A stretch of DNA of 64,000 bases, from assembly GCA_963697895.1 (NCBI GenBank), contig OY969100.1:896001-960000 (forward strand), given 5' to 3'. A program made the position numbers and the translations under genes. The notes under the pieces were generated by a model. It saw only the letters and a list, made by a program, of their open reading frames with translations, was not told the DNA's origin and made no database searches. This DNA is from an uncultured Methanomicrobiales archaeon (GTDB lineage Archaea; Halobacteriota; Methanomicrobia; Methanomicrobiales; Methanospirillaceae). This document shows positions 19,492 to 29,341 of the stretch, in pieces (the stretch's first letter is position 1; each line of letters opens with the position of its first letter).

Positions 19492-20667
19492 ATGATACGG
19501 ATAAGCAGGTATATTCATGGTGACGAGGGGGTTTCTCCCGCGATCCGAAGTCACACCCTTCCGGTAGCGGATGCGATAACCACGGCTCCTCCAGTGATCT
19601 TCTGGAACATCACCCACCGCTGCAATCTCTTTTGCACCCATTGCTATGAAGATGCAGGACCGGATCGTTCCATCCGGGGTGAGCTCTCTACCCGTGAATC
19701 CTTCGCCCTCATCGATGACCTCGCGGAGATGCGGGTTCCGGTGATCCTCCTTACCGGGGGAGAACCCCTGTTGAGACCGGATTTTTGGGAAATCGCCGGG
19801 CATGCCACGGAACAGGGGCTGAATACTGCCCTCAGCACCAACGGGACCCTTATTGGGGAAGAGACCGTCGGGCGGCTGATCGAATCAGGTATCAGCTACG
19901 CCGGGATCTCGCTTGACAGCGCTTCTCCCGCAATTCATGACCGGATCCGCGGAATCCCGGGAAGCCATGCCCGTTCCGTGCAGGCACTCCGGCATTGTGT
20001 CGGGCGGGGACTGACCTCCGGGGTCCGGGTCACGGTAACCCGGGAAAATTACCGGGAACTCGACGAATTAATCACCCTCGCCCGGGAACTGAAGGTGCCC
20101 CGGTTCTGCGTATACTGGCTCGTGCCGAGCGGAAGGGGACGGGCCATCCATAGTAAGAGCCAGCTCTCACCCGCACAGGTCTCCAGGGCGCTGGATCTCC
20201 TCTATCGCCGGGCGAAGGAGATCGATCCCGCCGAGATGGAGTTCCTGACCGTCGATGCCCCCCAGGATTCAGCCTATTTCCTCGCAAGGATGCAAGACGA
20301 TAACGAACCCGGGTATGAACGGGCCCGTGCCCGGATCGAAGCCGCCGGGAAGGGTTGCAGTGCCGGTGTGCGGGTGGCCTGTATCGACCCTGGAGGGAAT
20401 GTATACCCCTGCCAGTTCGCCCGATATCCTGAATTCCTCATAGGAAGCATCCTGAAACGCCGGTTCTCCGAGATATGGCCTGACAACGGGAACTCCGTCC
20501 TTGCTGCCTTCCGGGAGGACGGGAGCGGGATACCTGAGGGATGCAATGGATGCCGGACGGTACAGTTCTGCGGGGGAGGATGCCGGATGCGCATATTTGC
20601 GGAATCCGGATCTCTCAAAGGAAAAGATCCCCTGCAATGTCTGCCCGGCGGACAGGATCCCCTTTGA
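19492..20667 (+). CDS. ahbC: Radical SAM/SPASM Fe-coproporphyrin III synthase-type protein (NirJ1/AhbC)
   Basis: MIRIS N-terminus, PPVIFWNITHRCNLFCTHCY, ISYAGISLD, RFCVYWLVPSGRG, LTVD, GCSAG, PCQF and CNGC...CGGGCR. Confidence 0.78.
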   Translation: MIRISRYIHGDEGVSPAIRSHTLPVADAITTAPPVIFWNITHRCNLFCTHCYEDAGPDRSIRGELSTRESFALIDDLAEMRVPVILLTGGEPLLRPDFWEIAGHATEQGLNTALSTNGTLIGEETVGRLIESGISYAGISLDSASPAIHDRIRGIPGSHARSVQALRHCVGRGLTSGVRVTVTRENYRELDELITLARELKVPRFCVYWLVPSGRGRAIHSKSQLSPAQVSRALDLLYRRAKEIDPAEMEFLTVDAPQDSAYFLARMQDDNEPGYERARARIEAAGKGCSAGVRVACIDPGGNVYPCQFARYPEFLIGSILKRRFSEIWPDNGNSVLAAFREDGSGIPEGCNGCRTVQFCGGGCRMRIFAESGSLKGKDPLQCLPGGQDPL

Positions 20668-20875
20668 TCACTCCGATGACCCGATCGCTATTCATCCGGT
20701 CATTAGGAATCTCCTTCCCTGATGCCCCGTCCTTTTCGCCTGCGGATCTCTCTTATGATCTTTTTCGTATCGTCCAAACAACCGATAACGATAATCCGGA
20801 GATAAACCTTCCTGTAACAGGTCTGTGTTGTACAATGATCTCTCAAGAGTGTAAATACAGAAAAAAAGAGATTAT

Positions 20876-22924
20876 TCAGACGTACAACGCTGCGAGCACC
20901 AGGGTCAGGGTGGCAAGAAGCTTGATGAGCACATGCAGGGACGGGCCTGCCGTATCCTTGAACGGGTCACCGACGGTATCCCCGACGACCGCCGCCTTGT
21001 GCGCCTCGCTCCCTTTCCCGCCGAGCGCCCCGTGTTCGATGTATTTCTTTGCGTTATCCCAGGCACCTCCGCTATTGTTGAGGACGAGGGCCATCAGGAC
21101 ACCCGCGATCGTGGCGACCATCAGGAATGCTGCCATCGCCTCGTATTTCAGGACGAACCCGACAAAGATCGGGAACGCAACAGCGAGCACCCCCGGGGCC
21201 ACCATGTTTCTCAGGGCGCCCTTCGTCGTGATATCGACGCAGCTCGCATAGTCGGGTTTCACGGTACCCTCGAGGATCCCCTTGTTCCGGAACTGGCGGC
21301 GCACATCCTGGATGATGTACTGGGCGGTCTTTCCGACCGCACGGATGGCTAATGAGGCAAAAAGGAAGACGAGCATTGCGCCGAGGAATGCACCGATGAA
21401 TACCGGTACGCTTGCCAGGTTCACGACGGTGAACGGGATCCCCCTGATCCGCGAGACCGTCACCAGGAATGCCGAGAAGAGCAGGAATGCCGAGAGGGCT
21501 GCGCTTCCGACCGCATATCCCTTGGTGAGCGCCTTGGTGGTGTTTCCCGCTGCGTCCAATGCGGATATCTTCTTCTGGACCTCTTCCGGCTGTCCGCTCA
21601 TCTCCACGATCCCCCCGGCATTATCGACGATCGGGCCGAAGGTGTCCATCGCGAGAATATACGCAACGCTTGCCAGCATTCCCATCGTTGCGACTGCGGT
21701 GCCGTAGAGACCCCCGTTTTCAATACCTGTCAGCGTCCCGAGGTAGTACGAGAGACCGAGTGCCACGCTGATCGCGATCGCCGGAAGTGCCGTGGTCTCC
21801 AGGCCGACCGAGAAGCCGGAGATGACATTGGTCGCGGGGCCGGTCTTCGATGCTTCGGCGATCTCCGTGACCGGCCGGTACCGGTGATCGGTATAATAGA
21901 GGGTGAGGAGGAGAAATACCAGTGAGAGGCCGATACCTACCAGTCCGGCATAGAAGAACAGGATGTTTTTGAGGAGCCATGTCACCGAGATGTATAGGAA
22001 TATCGCCACCAGAATCGCGGTGACATAGAAGCCCCGGTACATCGGTTTCATCGGGTCCTGGGTATCCGCGCTTTTTTCTGTTACGGTGAAGATCCCGATT
22101 ATCGTCGCGATCAGCCCGAGTGCCCCGATCAGGAGCGGGAAGATGACACCGGCCGCACCAAAGACGGCGAAGAGGGCCGGTGCGAACCCGATCACCATCG
22201 CCCCGATATTTTCCGCGCTGGTGGACTCGAAGAGGTCGGCACCACGACCGGCACAATCCCCGACATTGTCACCGACCAGGTCGGCGATAACCGCCGGGTT
22301 CCGGGGGTCATCCTCCGGGATACCGGCCTCGACCTTCCCGACCAGGTCAGCACCGACATCGGCTGCCTTCGTGTAGATCCCGCCCCCGAGCTGGGCAAAG
22401 AGCGCGATGAAAGAGGCCCCGAACCCGAATCCCAGGATGAGTTCTGGATTTTCCCCGAATGCGAGGTATATGGTCGTGATCCCGAGGATGGAGAGGGCAA
22501 CGATCGTCAGGCCGGATACTGCCCCGCCCCGCAGGGCGTAGATCAGTGCCCGGGCGGGGCTGGTTGTTGCCGCAACCGCTGCCCGGAGATTTGCCCGAAC
22601 CGCGATCGACATGCCGATAATGCCGGCGAGTGCGGAGAGGAACGCCCCGAAGATGAATGCGACGGCAGTATGCCATGCAATCTCGAACTGCCCGCTGATT
22701 ACGTACACTACGAAGAGAACGATAGCCAGAATTACAGCAAGGATTGCGATGGTCGTATACTGTCGTTTCAGGAATGCTTCCGCCCCTTCCCGGATCGCGT
22801 TGGCGATCTCCTGCATCTTCGCGCTGCCCGTATCTGCCGAAATTACCTGCCGGGCAAAGTACCCGGCCACGGCGAGCGCGACCAGTGAGGCCACCACGAT
22901 CACGATAAATTCATTTTGAACCAC
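20876..22924 (-). CDS. hppA: Membrane-bound H+-translocating pyrophosphatase, K+-independent type
   Basis: GGGIYTKAADVGADLVGKVE, EDDPRNP, DNVGD, DNAGG, GNTTKA (Lys determinant), GGAWDNAKK and GDPFKDT. Probable GTG start at 22924 after AGGTGA. Confidence 0.95.
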   Translation of the reverse strand: MVQNEFIVIVVASLVALAVAGYFARQVISADTGSAKMQEIANAIREGAEAFLKRQYTTIAILAVILAIVLFVVYVISGQFEIAWHTAVAFIFGAFLSALAGIIGMSIAVRANLRAAVAATTSPARALIYALRGGAVSGLTIVALSILGITTIYLAFGENPELILGFGFGASFIALFAQLGGGIYTKAADVGADLVGKVEAGIPEDDPRNPAVIADLVGDNVGDCAGRGADLFESTSAENIGAMVIGFAPALFAVFGAAGVIFPLLIGALGLIATIIGIFTVTEKSADTQDPMKPMYRGFYVTAILVAIFLYISVTWLLKNILFFYAGLVGIGLSLVFLLLTLYYTDHRYRPVTEIAEASKTGPATNVISGFSVGLETTALPAIAISVALGLSYYLGTLTGIENGGLYGTAVATMGMLASVAYILAMDTFGPIVDNAGGIVEMSGQPEEVQKKISALDAAGNTTKALTKGYAVGSAALSAFLLFSAFLVTVSRIRGIPFTVVNLASVPVFIGAFLGAMLVFLFASLAIRAVGKTAQYIIQDVRRQFRNKGILEGTVKPDYASCVDITTKGALRNMVAPGVLAVAFPIFVGFVLKYEAMAAFLMVATIAGVLMALVLNNSGGAWDNAKKYIEHGALGGKGSEAHKAAVVGDTVGDPFKDTAGPSLHVLIKLLATLTLVLAALYV

Positions 22925-23411
22925 ACCTATCACCTGATTCCCGTCGCCCCGGAATATACCGGAGGACAATCTGAAAATGTTGCACATTAGTGTCCGTTCC
23001 CATTTTTAAAAAGATGCTGATTTCAATCGTCGTCGGAATGTTTTCGTCCCTTCCGTTATTCCCGGTTTTTCGAAAACCGCCGGGTTCCCATTCAGTCTCG
23101 GGGTTGGCTTGCACCTGGCTTCTGGAATCCCGCTCACCCTGGATACCCGCATTCCCGCGGGAAACGCTAATGGATCTTCGGGTGCGTGTGCCGATATCAC
23201 TTCAAAGGTCTCTTTCGACGGCACCCTCACGACCGGAATTGACGAAAAGACGGTTAACGAAGTTACCGTGATCGAATTCCGGTCCAAAAACGGGGACATC
23301 CCGGAAGATCGATCCTGATGATCCGGCCGACAAGCTCGGTCTGTCCCCCTAAGGTCCGGGAATCCCTATCAGCTTTGGGAGAGATACCCGTACATTCAGG
23401 AAGTGCATGCG

Positions 23412-24104
23412 ATGAAATACGAGATCAAGTATAAACCGTCCTATGCCCTGCTCGTGGTCACCCTGGAACCCGCCGAGTCCATCACCGCCGAGGCAGGGTC
23501 AATGACCTATATGCAGCCGGCGATCGAGGTACATACCCGGAAGCGCGAGAAGAGTTTCTGGGGTACGCTCGGGCTGTCCCTTATGGGACAGAGCTTCTTT
23601 GTGAACGATTTCACCGCGGCAGGCGGCACCGGGGAAGCCGGGTTCTCCGCCGCACCGCTCGGCGACATCGAAACACTCGCAGTTGCCCCCGGCAGGGGGT
23701 TCATCATCCAGAAGTCTGCCTATATCGCATCCCAGCAGGGGATCGATCTCGACGTGAAGTGGGAGGGATTCACCAAGGGACTCTTCGGCCAGGGCCTCTT
23801 CATGATCAAGGCGACGGGGAACGGGCTTCTCTTCATCAACACCTTCGGCGCGATCGACAAACATACCCTCGCCCCGGGGGAGCGGATGATCGTAGATAAC
23901 TTCCACCTGGTCGCGTTCTCCGACAGCTGCACGTACAAGGTCACCAAGTTTGGCGGCCTGAAAGAGACGATCCTCGGCGGGGAAGGGTTCGTCACCGAGA
24001 TCACCGGGCCAGGGGAGATATATATCCAGACAAAGAACATCCGCGAATTTGCCGACTGGATCTGGACGATCATCGAGCCCCGGGTGGAGGCAAAGGCGCG
24101 TTAA
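23412..24104 (+). CDS. TIGR00266 / AIM24 family protein
   Basis: LEPAESITAEAGSM, GLFGQGLF, FGAI, VDNFHLVAF and GGEG...GPG..YIQT. Confidence 0.9.
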   Translation: MKYEIKYKPSYALLVVTLEPAESITAEAGSMTYMQPAIEVHTRKREKSFWGTLGLSLMGQSFFVNDFTAAGGTGEAGFSAAPLGDIETLAVAPGRGFIIQKSAYIASQQGIDLDVKWEGFTKGLFGQGLFMIKATGNGLLFINTFGAIDKHTLAPGERMIVDNFHLVAFSDSCTYKVTKFGGLKETILGGEGFVTEITGPGEIYIQTKNIREFADWIWTIIEPRVEAKAR

Positions 24105-24270
24105 GCGGAAAATCTGCACCATTTTCTGTAAATGCCTTGACTTCCTTACTAGAAAAGGGTTCTTTGTCAAACGGGGAAAAAGGGATGATAAGAAAAGCAT
24201 CCTCACGATCAATCATCCGATGACCGGGGAGAGATTGAAGTGGTAAGCGGTATCAGGTCTGAATGATACG

Positions 24271-25431
24271 GTGACGGACAGGATACCTTCCCCCGCAAGT
24301 CTTTCCGGCTTTCTCGACGCATACCCGGAACGGCTCGCCGCGCTTCAGGAGGAGAAGGCGGCAGGGAAAAAGATCATCGGGACATTCTGCCTCTTTGTAC
24401 CGGACGAGATCATCTTCGCTGCAGGGGCCGACCGCGTGATCCTCTGTGGGGGTGGCGAAGAGACGATTCCGGTCGGGGAGGAATACCTGCCGCGGAGCGT
24501 ATGCCCGCTGGTAAAATCATCTTTCGGGGCCGTTATGGATAGTTGCTGCAACGGGCAACTCTCCTGCCCCCACCTCGGGCTGGTCGATCTCGTGGTCGCG
24601 GAGGCGACCTGCGACAGCAAGAAGAAGATGTACGAGATCCTTTCCCGCTTTGTCAGGACCTACGTGATCGATCTCCCGCAAAAACCGGATACCCGGGAAG
24701 CCATGGATTATTTCACCGGAGAGCTCCACAACTTCGGGCGTTTTCTCGAAGGAATGACCGGGAACACCATCACGGATTCGGCCCTCGAACGGGAGATCAG
24801 GTCGGCGAACAAAACCCGGAGACTGCTCATGAGGCTGTACGATCTCCGGAGAAAGGACCCGCCTCCCATCCGGGGAATGGATGTTATCCGGGTGATGCAG
24901 AAGCAGTTCCTCCTTTCACCCGGGCTCTTCAGGCGTCAGCTCGAACGGCTCTGCGACGAACTGGAACAGGTCGCCCCGGAACGGGTCGGTACGAGCCCGC
25001 GGATCCTCCTCTCCGGCTGCCCGATGGCGTCAGGGAATACCAAAGTCCCTGAGATCGTGGAAGAGCGGGGAGGAGTGATCGTGGTAGAGGAGAGCTGCAC
25101 GGGCACCCGGTCTTTCTGGGAGCCAGTCGATGAAGAAATGGAACCATGGGCCGCCATTGCAGAGCGCTATATCCATATCCCCTGCTCCTGCATGACCCCG
25201 AACGAGCGCCGGGTGGACCACATCCTCGAACTGGCAGAGCGGTTCCGGATCGATGGCGTGGTCTACTATACCCTCCAGAACTGCCACGGGTACAACATCG
25301 AGAAATACCAGGTACACCAGGCCCTGAAAAAGAAAAAAATTCCCCTGCTCGCGATAGAGACCGATTACGGGGATTCTGACCGGGAACAGATCGGGACCCG
25401 GGTAGATGCGTTCCTGGAGATGATCACCTGA
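24271..25431 (+). CDS. 2-hydroxyacyl-CoA dehydratase-family protein, double-cubane-cluster reductase (DCCP) type
   Basis: GTFCLFVP, LPRSVCPLVKS, EATCDSKKK, SGCP, EESCTG, CSCMTPN, LQNCHGY and IETDY...TRVDAF. Confidence 0.8.
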   Translation: MTDRIPSPASLSGFLDAYPERLAALQEEKAAGKKIIGTFCLFVPDEIIFAAGADRVILCGGGEETIPVGEEYLPRSVCPLVKSSFGAVMDSCCNGQLSCPHLGLVDLVVAEATCDSKKKMYEILSRFVRTYVIDLPQKPDTREAMDYFTGELHNFGRFLEGMTGNTITDSALEREIRSANKTRRLLMRLYDLRRKDPPPIRGMDVIRVMQKQFLLSPGLFRRQLERLCDELEQVAPERVGTSPRILLSGCPMASGNTKVPEIVEERGGVIVVEESCTGTRSFWEPVDEEMEPWAAIAERYIHIPCSCMTPNERRVDHILELAERFRIDGVVYYTLQNCHGYNIEKYQVHQALKKKKIPLLAIETDYGDSDREQIGTRVDAFLEMIT

Positions 25432-26195
25432 TCACGGGGGGGATCGATTCCGGGGCTGCGACGACGAAGGTCGTGATCCTGAACGGTTCTGAGATCGCCG
25501 GGTACCTCATACGGCCCACCGGGTTTGACTTTCTCGCGGCTTCCCGGGATACCTACCATGAAGTCCTGTCTGCAAGCCGGCTCCGGAAGGAAGACGTTTG
25601 CGGGGTCTTTGCGACGGGGTACGGACGAAACATGATCCGCTTTGCGGACCATGCGGTGAGCGAGATCACGGCGCATGCAAAAGGAGTCTCTTTCCTCTTC
25701 CCGGAAGTGAGGGGGATCATCGATATCGGCGGCCAGGACAGCAAGATCATCGCGCTCGAAGACGGCAACGTGGCGGATTTCCTGATGAACGATAAATGCG
25801 CTGCCGGGACCGGGAAGTTTCTCGAATACACCGCAAAGGCACTTGAAGTCCCGGTGAGCGAACTCGGGGACCTTTCTCTCGCATCGGATACCCCTGCCCG
25901 CATCAGCAGCATGTGCACGGTCTTTGCCGAATCCGAGGTGATATCGCTCCGGGCGCGGGGTGTTTCGCGGGAGGATATCGCTGCCGGCCTCATCGACGGT
26001 ATCGCACGGCGGATCGTGGTGATGGCAAAACAGGTGGGATTGAAAGACCGGGTCGCGTTTGTCGGTGGGGTGGCGAAGAACCGGGGAATGGTGGCAGCTC
26101 TGGAGAAGGAACTGAAGATCTCTCTCTTTATCCCGGCTGAACCCCAGATCACCGGCGCACTGGGTGCGGCGATCCTCGCCCGATCCCATTGCTGA
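25428..26195 (+). CDS. ASKHA-type [4Fe-4S] ATPase activase (HgdC/DCCP-R-like); probable CTG start
   Basis: In frame from CTG 25428: LITGGIDSGAATTKVV, TGYGR, EITAH, IDIGGQDSK, MNDKCAAGTG, SMCTVFAESE and GGVA. Confidence 0.9.
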   Translation: MITGGIDSGAATTKVVILNGSEIAGYLIRPTGFDFLAASRDTYHEVLSASRLRKEDVCGVFATGYGRNMIRFADHAVSEITAHAKGVSFLFPEVRGIIDIGGQDSKIIALEDGNVADFLMNDKCAAGTGKFLEYTAKALEVPVSELGDLSLASDTPARISSMCTVFAESEVISLRARGVSREDIAAGLIDGIARRIVVMAKQVGLKDRVAFVGGVAKNRGMVAALEKELKISLFIPAEPQITGALGAAILARSHC

Positions 26196-26397
26196 TGGAT
26201 CAAGGGTATCTTTATCCGTTTCAACCCGTTGACGGGGGAGAGATCGTGGATTGAATTAAATCCTTCTCCAACGGGAGAAAGGAGTATATAGAAGAATCGT
26301 GACAATCGGACCAGGCGGATGGTCAGCAGCCCCTATCCGGTGCTCCATACCTTTATCCATCCATCGCGAACAGAGACTGGTAGTGGAGCAATCCCGC

Positions 26398-26820
26398 ATG
26401 CATGACAATCTGTTCCCGGTTTATGGGCCGATCCTGATCGTTGTTCTCGTTCTGACCCTCATCATGGGCGGGTGCACAACCGCCCCGCAGACACCGGTTC
26501 CGTCGGTAACTCCCTCGCCGGTTACAACGACCATCCAGCCACCGGATGCGGGGGAAGTGACAATCATCATCGAAAATTATTCCTTCAATCCTCCGGAGAT
26601 TACAATTCCCCGGGGCACGATGGTCACCTGGGTGAACCAGGATCCGTTCGATCACCAGATCACCAACGATGCAACCACTTCGTATGAACTCGGGGCGATA
26701 TTCAGGAGCGATCCGCTATCGGAGGGGGAAAGTTATGCATTCACATTCAATACGTCCGGCACGTATCCGTACTATTGCGCTATTCATCCGTTTATGAAGG
26801 CAACGATTACGGTAACCTGA
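26398..26820 (+). CDS. Cupredoxin (plastocyanin/amicyanin-like) lipoprotein
   Basis: Lipobox-like MGGC, Thr/Pro linker, FNP..ITI..G..VTWVN.D...H and YYCAIHPFM type-1 Cu ligands. Confidence 0.9.
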   Translation: MHDNLFPVYGPILIVVLVLTLIMGGCTTAPQTPVPSVTPSPVTTTIQPPDAGEVTIIIENYSFNPPEITIPRGTMVTWVNQDPFDHQITNDATTSYELGAIFRSDPLSEGESYAFTFNTSGTYPYYCAIHPFMKATITVT

Positions 26821-27004
26821 TCGCCGGTTCTCCCTTTTGCGGCTCAACAGAGCGGTACCTTCAGGGGATGCGCTCCCTCACGTATTCTGATCGAGAATTT
26901 CGCCGATAGTAATCCCTGCTTCGATCTTCCCCAGTTTATCCTCGTATTTTCCTGCCCGGAGAACTTTCTGACCCGACCGGTTGCCGACGCGATCTTCATG
27001 ATTT

Positions 27005-28300
27005 CTATTTTTCCTTCCGGGGATCGGGGTGCGGGGTTCTCATCCGGGTCGGGAGTTCCACGACCTCTCTTCTTTCCGGGGCTTCCGGGGATAGGATCGC
27101 GACTTTCCGGGCGTACCGGTCGATGAGAGGTGCAGCGCTGATTCCATGGGCAAAGACGCTGATAAGAATCGTCGTTGCGACCACCACTCCTATCGTCCCC
27201 AGACCGGGTAACTCCGGCGCCTCGTCTAATACGATGAGCAAAAGAACGATAGATGCGAGTCCCCGCGGACCAAACCAGCCGATGAAACCCACCGAAGTGC
27301 GCTGTAACCGCGTTCCGATAAGAGAGATCGCCACCGGGACCATCCGGATAACAGTAAGGCTCAATACCGCATAGAAGATTACCGCAACGGTGATCCCGGA
27401 GAGAGAGTTTGCAAAGACGATCCCGAAGATGAAGAAGACGCCGAGACTTAGGATCTGTGCCCCGGTCTCGGTGAATTCGATCACCGCCTCCCCTACATAT
27501 TTTCCCGTTGCTGCGGTAACCATACCCCCGATAAAAGCGGCGATGAAACCGCTGCCCCCGACCGCATCTGCCGCGATGAACGAGATAAGGGCGAGGGCGA
27601 GGAACCCGATCCAGGCGAATCTTCCCTTCATATACCCCCTCTGGATGGCGGCATTCACCAGGTACCCGCCGACCAGGCCCACGGCTGCCCCCACCAGAAT
27701 CCCGAGCCCGATCTGTTCGACCGCAATGACAACTCCGGTCGCGAGAGGATAGTTGAATACCTCGGTTGTTGCGATTATCAGAAAGAATGCAAAGAACGGG
27801 ATTGCTCCACCGTCATTAAGTCCGCTCTCCACGTTCAGGGCCTGGCGTATTCGAACCGGGATCTTCGGGCTGTTCACGATCGCCTGTCCAAGGCCCGCAT
27901 CCGTGGGGGCAAGAATGGCCCCGATAAGTGCGGCTTCGGCAAGGGCAATACTGGTAAAGATCGCGATTGCGGCAAGAGCACCGGCAAAGATCGTGATCGG
28001 AAGGCCGATGAGCAGCAACCGGGAGGGGAGCTGACCGTTCCCCTTCAGTGCCCGGAGATCGATACGCGCAGCATCTGAGAAGAGCACCAGGACCAGCGCG
28101 ATCTCGGCAATTACCAGGATCAACCCGCTGTTGGCACTGAGCGTGATGATATCGAATCCGTCCGGGCTGAGAAGGAGCCCGGCCGCGACAAAGACCATCG
28201 GGGCCGTAATGACGGTTCCCTCAAGACGGTTTGAGATCAGTGAGTACAGGAACATGATGATCGAGAAAAGAATAATAACGACGAGGAGGGGTGGCAGCAT
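27005..28300 (-). CDS. NhaP-type (CPA1) cation:proton antiporter
   Basis: LAPTDAGL, LNVESGLNDG, SGFIAAF, WFGPRGLAS and SVFAHG. Confidence 0.92.
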   Translation of the reverse strand: MLPPLLVVIILFSIIMFLYSLISNRLEGTVITAPMVFVAAGLLLSPDGFDIITLSANSGLILVIAEIALVLVLFSDAARIDLRALKGNGQLPSRLLLIGLPITIFAGALAAIAIFTSIALAEAALIGAILAPTDAGLGQAIVNSPKIPVRIRQALNVESGLNDGGAIPFFAFFLIIATTEVFNYPLATGVVIAVEQIGLGILVGAAVGLVGGYLVNAAIQRGYMKGRFAWIGFLALALISFIAADAVGGSGFIAAFIGGMVTAATGKYVGEAVIEFTETGAQILSLGVFFIFGIVFANSLSGITVAVIFYAVLSLTVIRMVPVAISLIGTRLQRTSVGFIGWFGPRGLASIVLLLIVLDEAPELPGLGTIGVVVATTILISVFAHGISAAPLIDRYARKVAILSPEAPERREVVELPTRMRTPHPDPRKEK

Positions 28301-28871
28301 ATCCGGACTTCCCTGTACAGAGCATGAGGGGATATGAGGCGGAATTATTTAAAGCGTATGAAACGAGGTTTTTCCGACATTCATGGGGGTGTGAGATCGG
28401 GACAGTCAGAATTTATCACCGACCCGGGTCCCTGATGCATCCTGAAACAAGATGATTTACAAAGAGCAAATCTGCTCTGAAGTTTTACACCTTTATTTTT
28501 TTGGTCTTTTCATCCTTTTGCTTTTTATTCCTGCACGTATCTGTCGCGCTCCCGGCTGCGGATTGGTTCCCTGATTTTTTCTTAGAAATTAAACTTTTTA
28601 TATTTACTTCATTTACCCGAGGATCCCGGGCTGCATGGTTTTTTAGTCCGGCAAAACCGGGTGTAAGAAAAATTGTCCTGCCATTCCGATCGATCCGCCA
28701 GGGTTGTTTTTTGGAAAAATAGGCAGTACAAGTGCCTGAATTTAGATAAACCCCCTGCTAATTTCGATTATTTATTGACGGGAATTAATTCACCGGGCCT
28801 ATCAGGGGATGTATACCGAAGTATCTTTCGCAGTTCCCCGGACCCGGGACAAAGTGAGCCGGATTTCCGAA

Positions 28872-28910
28872 AGGTATATATATTCATCCGTGCACTCTTG
28901 TTTTGAGGTG
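28872..28910 (+). promoter_or_regulatory. Probable BRE/TATA promoter and RBS of the histone gene
   Basis: CGAAAGG followed by TATATATT (28875-28884), then GAGGTG at 28905-28910 just before the ATG at 28916. Confidence 0.6.
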
Positions 28911-28915
28911 GCATA

Positions 28916-29122
28916 ATGGCTGATTTACCTATTGCTGCAGTTATTAGAATTGCAAAGAAGAGTGGTGCAGAAAGAGTCGGCAGCGACGCAGCTACTGCAC
29001 TGGTTGAGAAGACCGAAGATTATATCGCAAACCTGGTCAAGGAAGCGAACCGGCTCGCGATGCATGCGGGAAGGAAGACGATCAAGGAAGAGGATGTTGA
29101 ACTTGCGGTAAAATCCGCATAA
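28916..29122 (+). CDS. Archaeal histone (HMfA/B family)
   Basis: 68 aa: MADLPIAAVIRIAK..GAERV...HAGRKTIKEEDVELA. Confidence 0.97.
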   Translation: MADLPIAAVIRIAKKSGAERVGSDAATALVEKTEDYIANLVKEANRLAMHAGRKTIKEEDVELAVKSA

Positions 29123-29341
29123 CTTCTTCATTTATTCTGAAAATTGTTTTTCCATTTTTCATTATATCGGAAATGTTCATTTTACCCGATCGGGAATAAC
29201 TGGTTGGGAACACAGTGGATCACCTTTCATCCGTAAATGCAGGACAGTCGCATGTCTCTGCTGTATAAATTTTCCGTAATTTTGAAAATGAAGGATAATC
29301 TTTAAATATTTACTATGCGCTGAATTTAGGTGGTGATGTAT

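Noticed and set aside
17253-20667. RiPP cluster interpretation of the two radical SAM/SPASM genes
   Set aside because: The intervening AhbA/AhbB genes and NirJ-type motifs explain them as heme biosynthesis. No RRE, peptidase or transporter is present.
23109-23318. 69-aa ORF between hppA and TIGR00266
   Set aside because: Could be a gene remnant, but it has no clear start, RBS or family motif.
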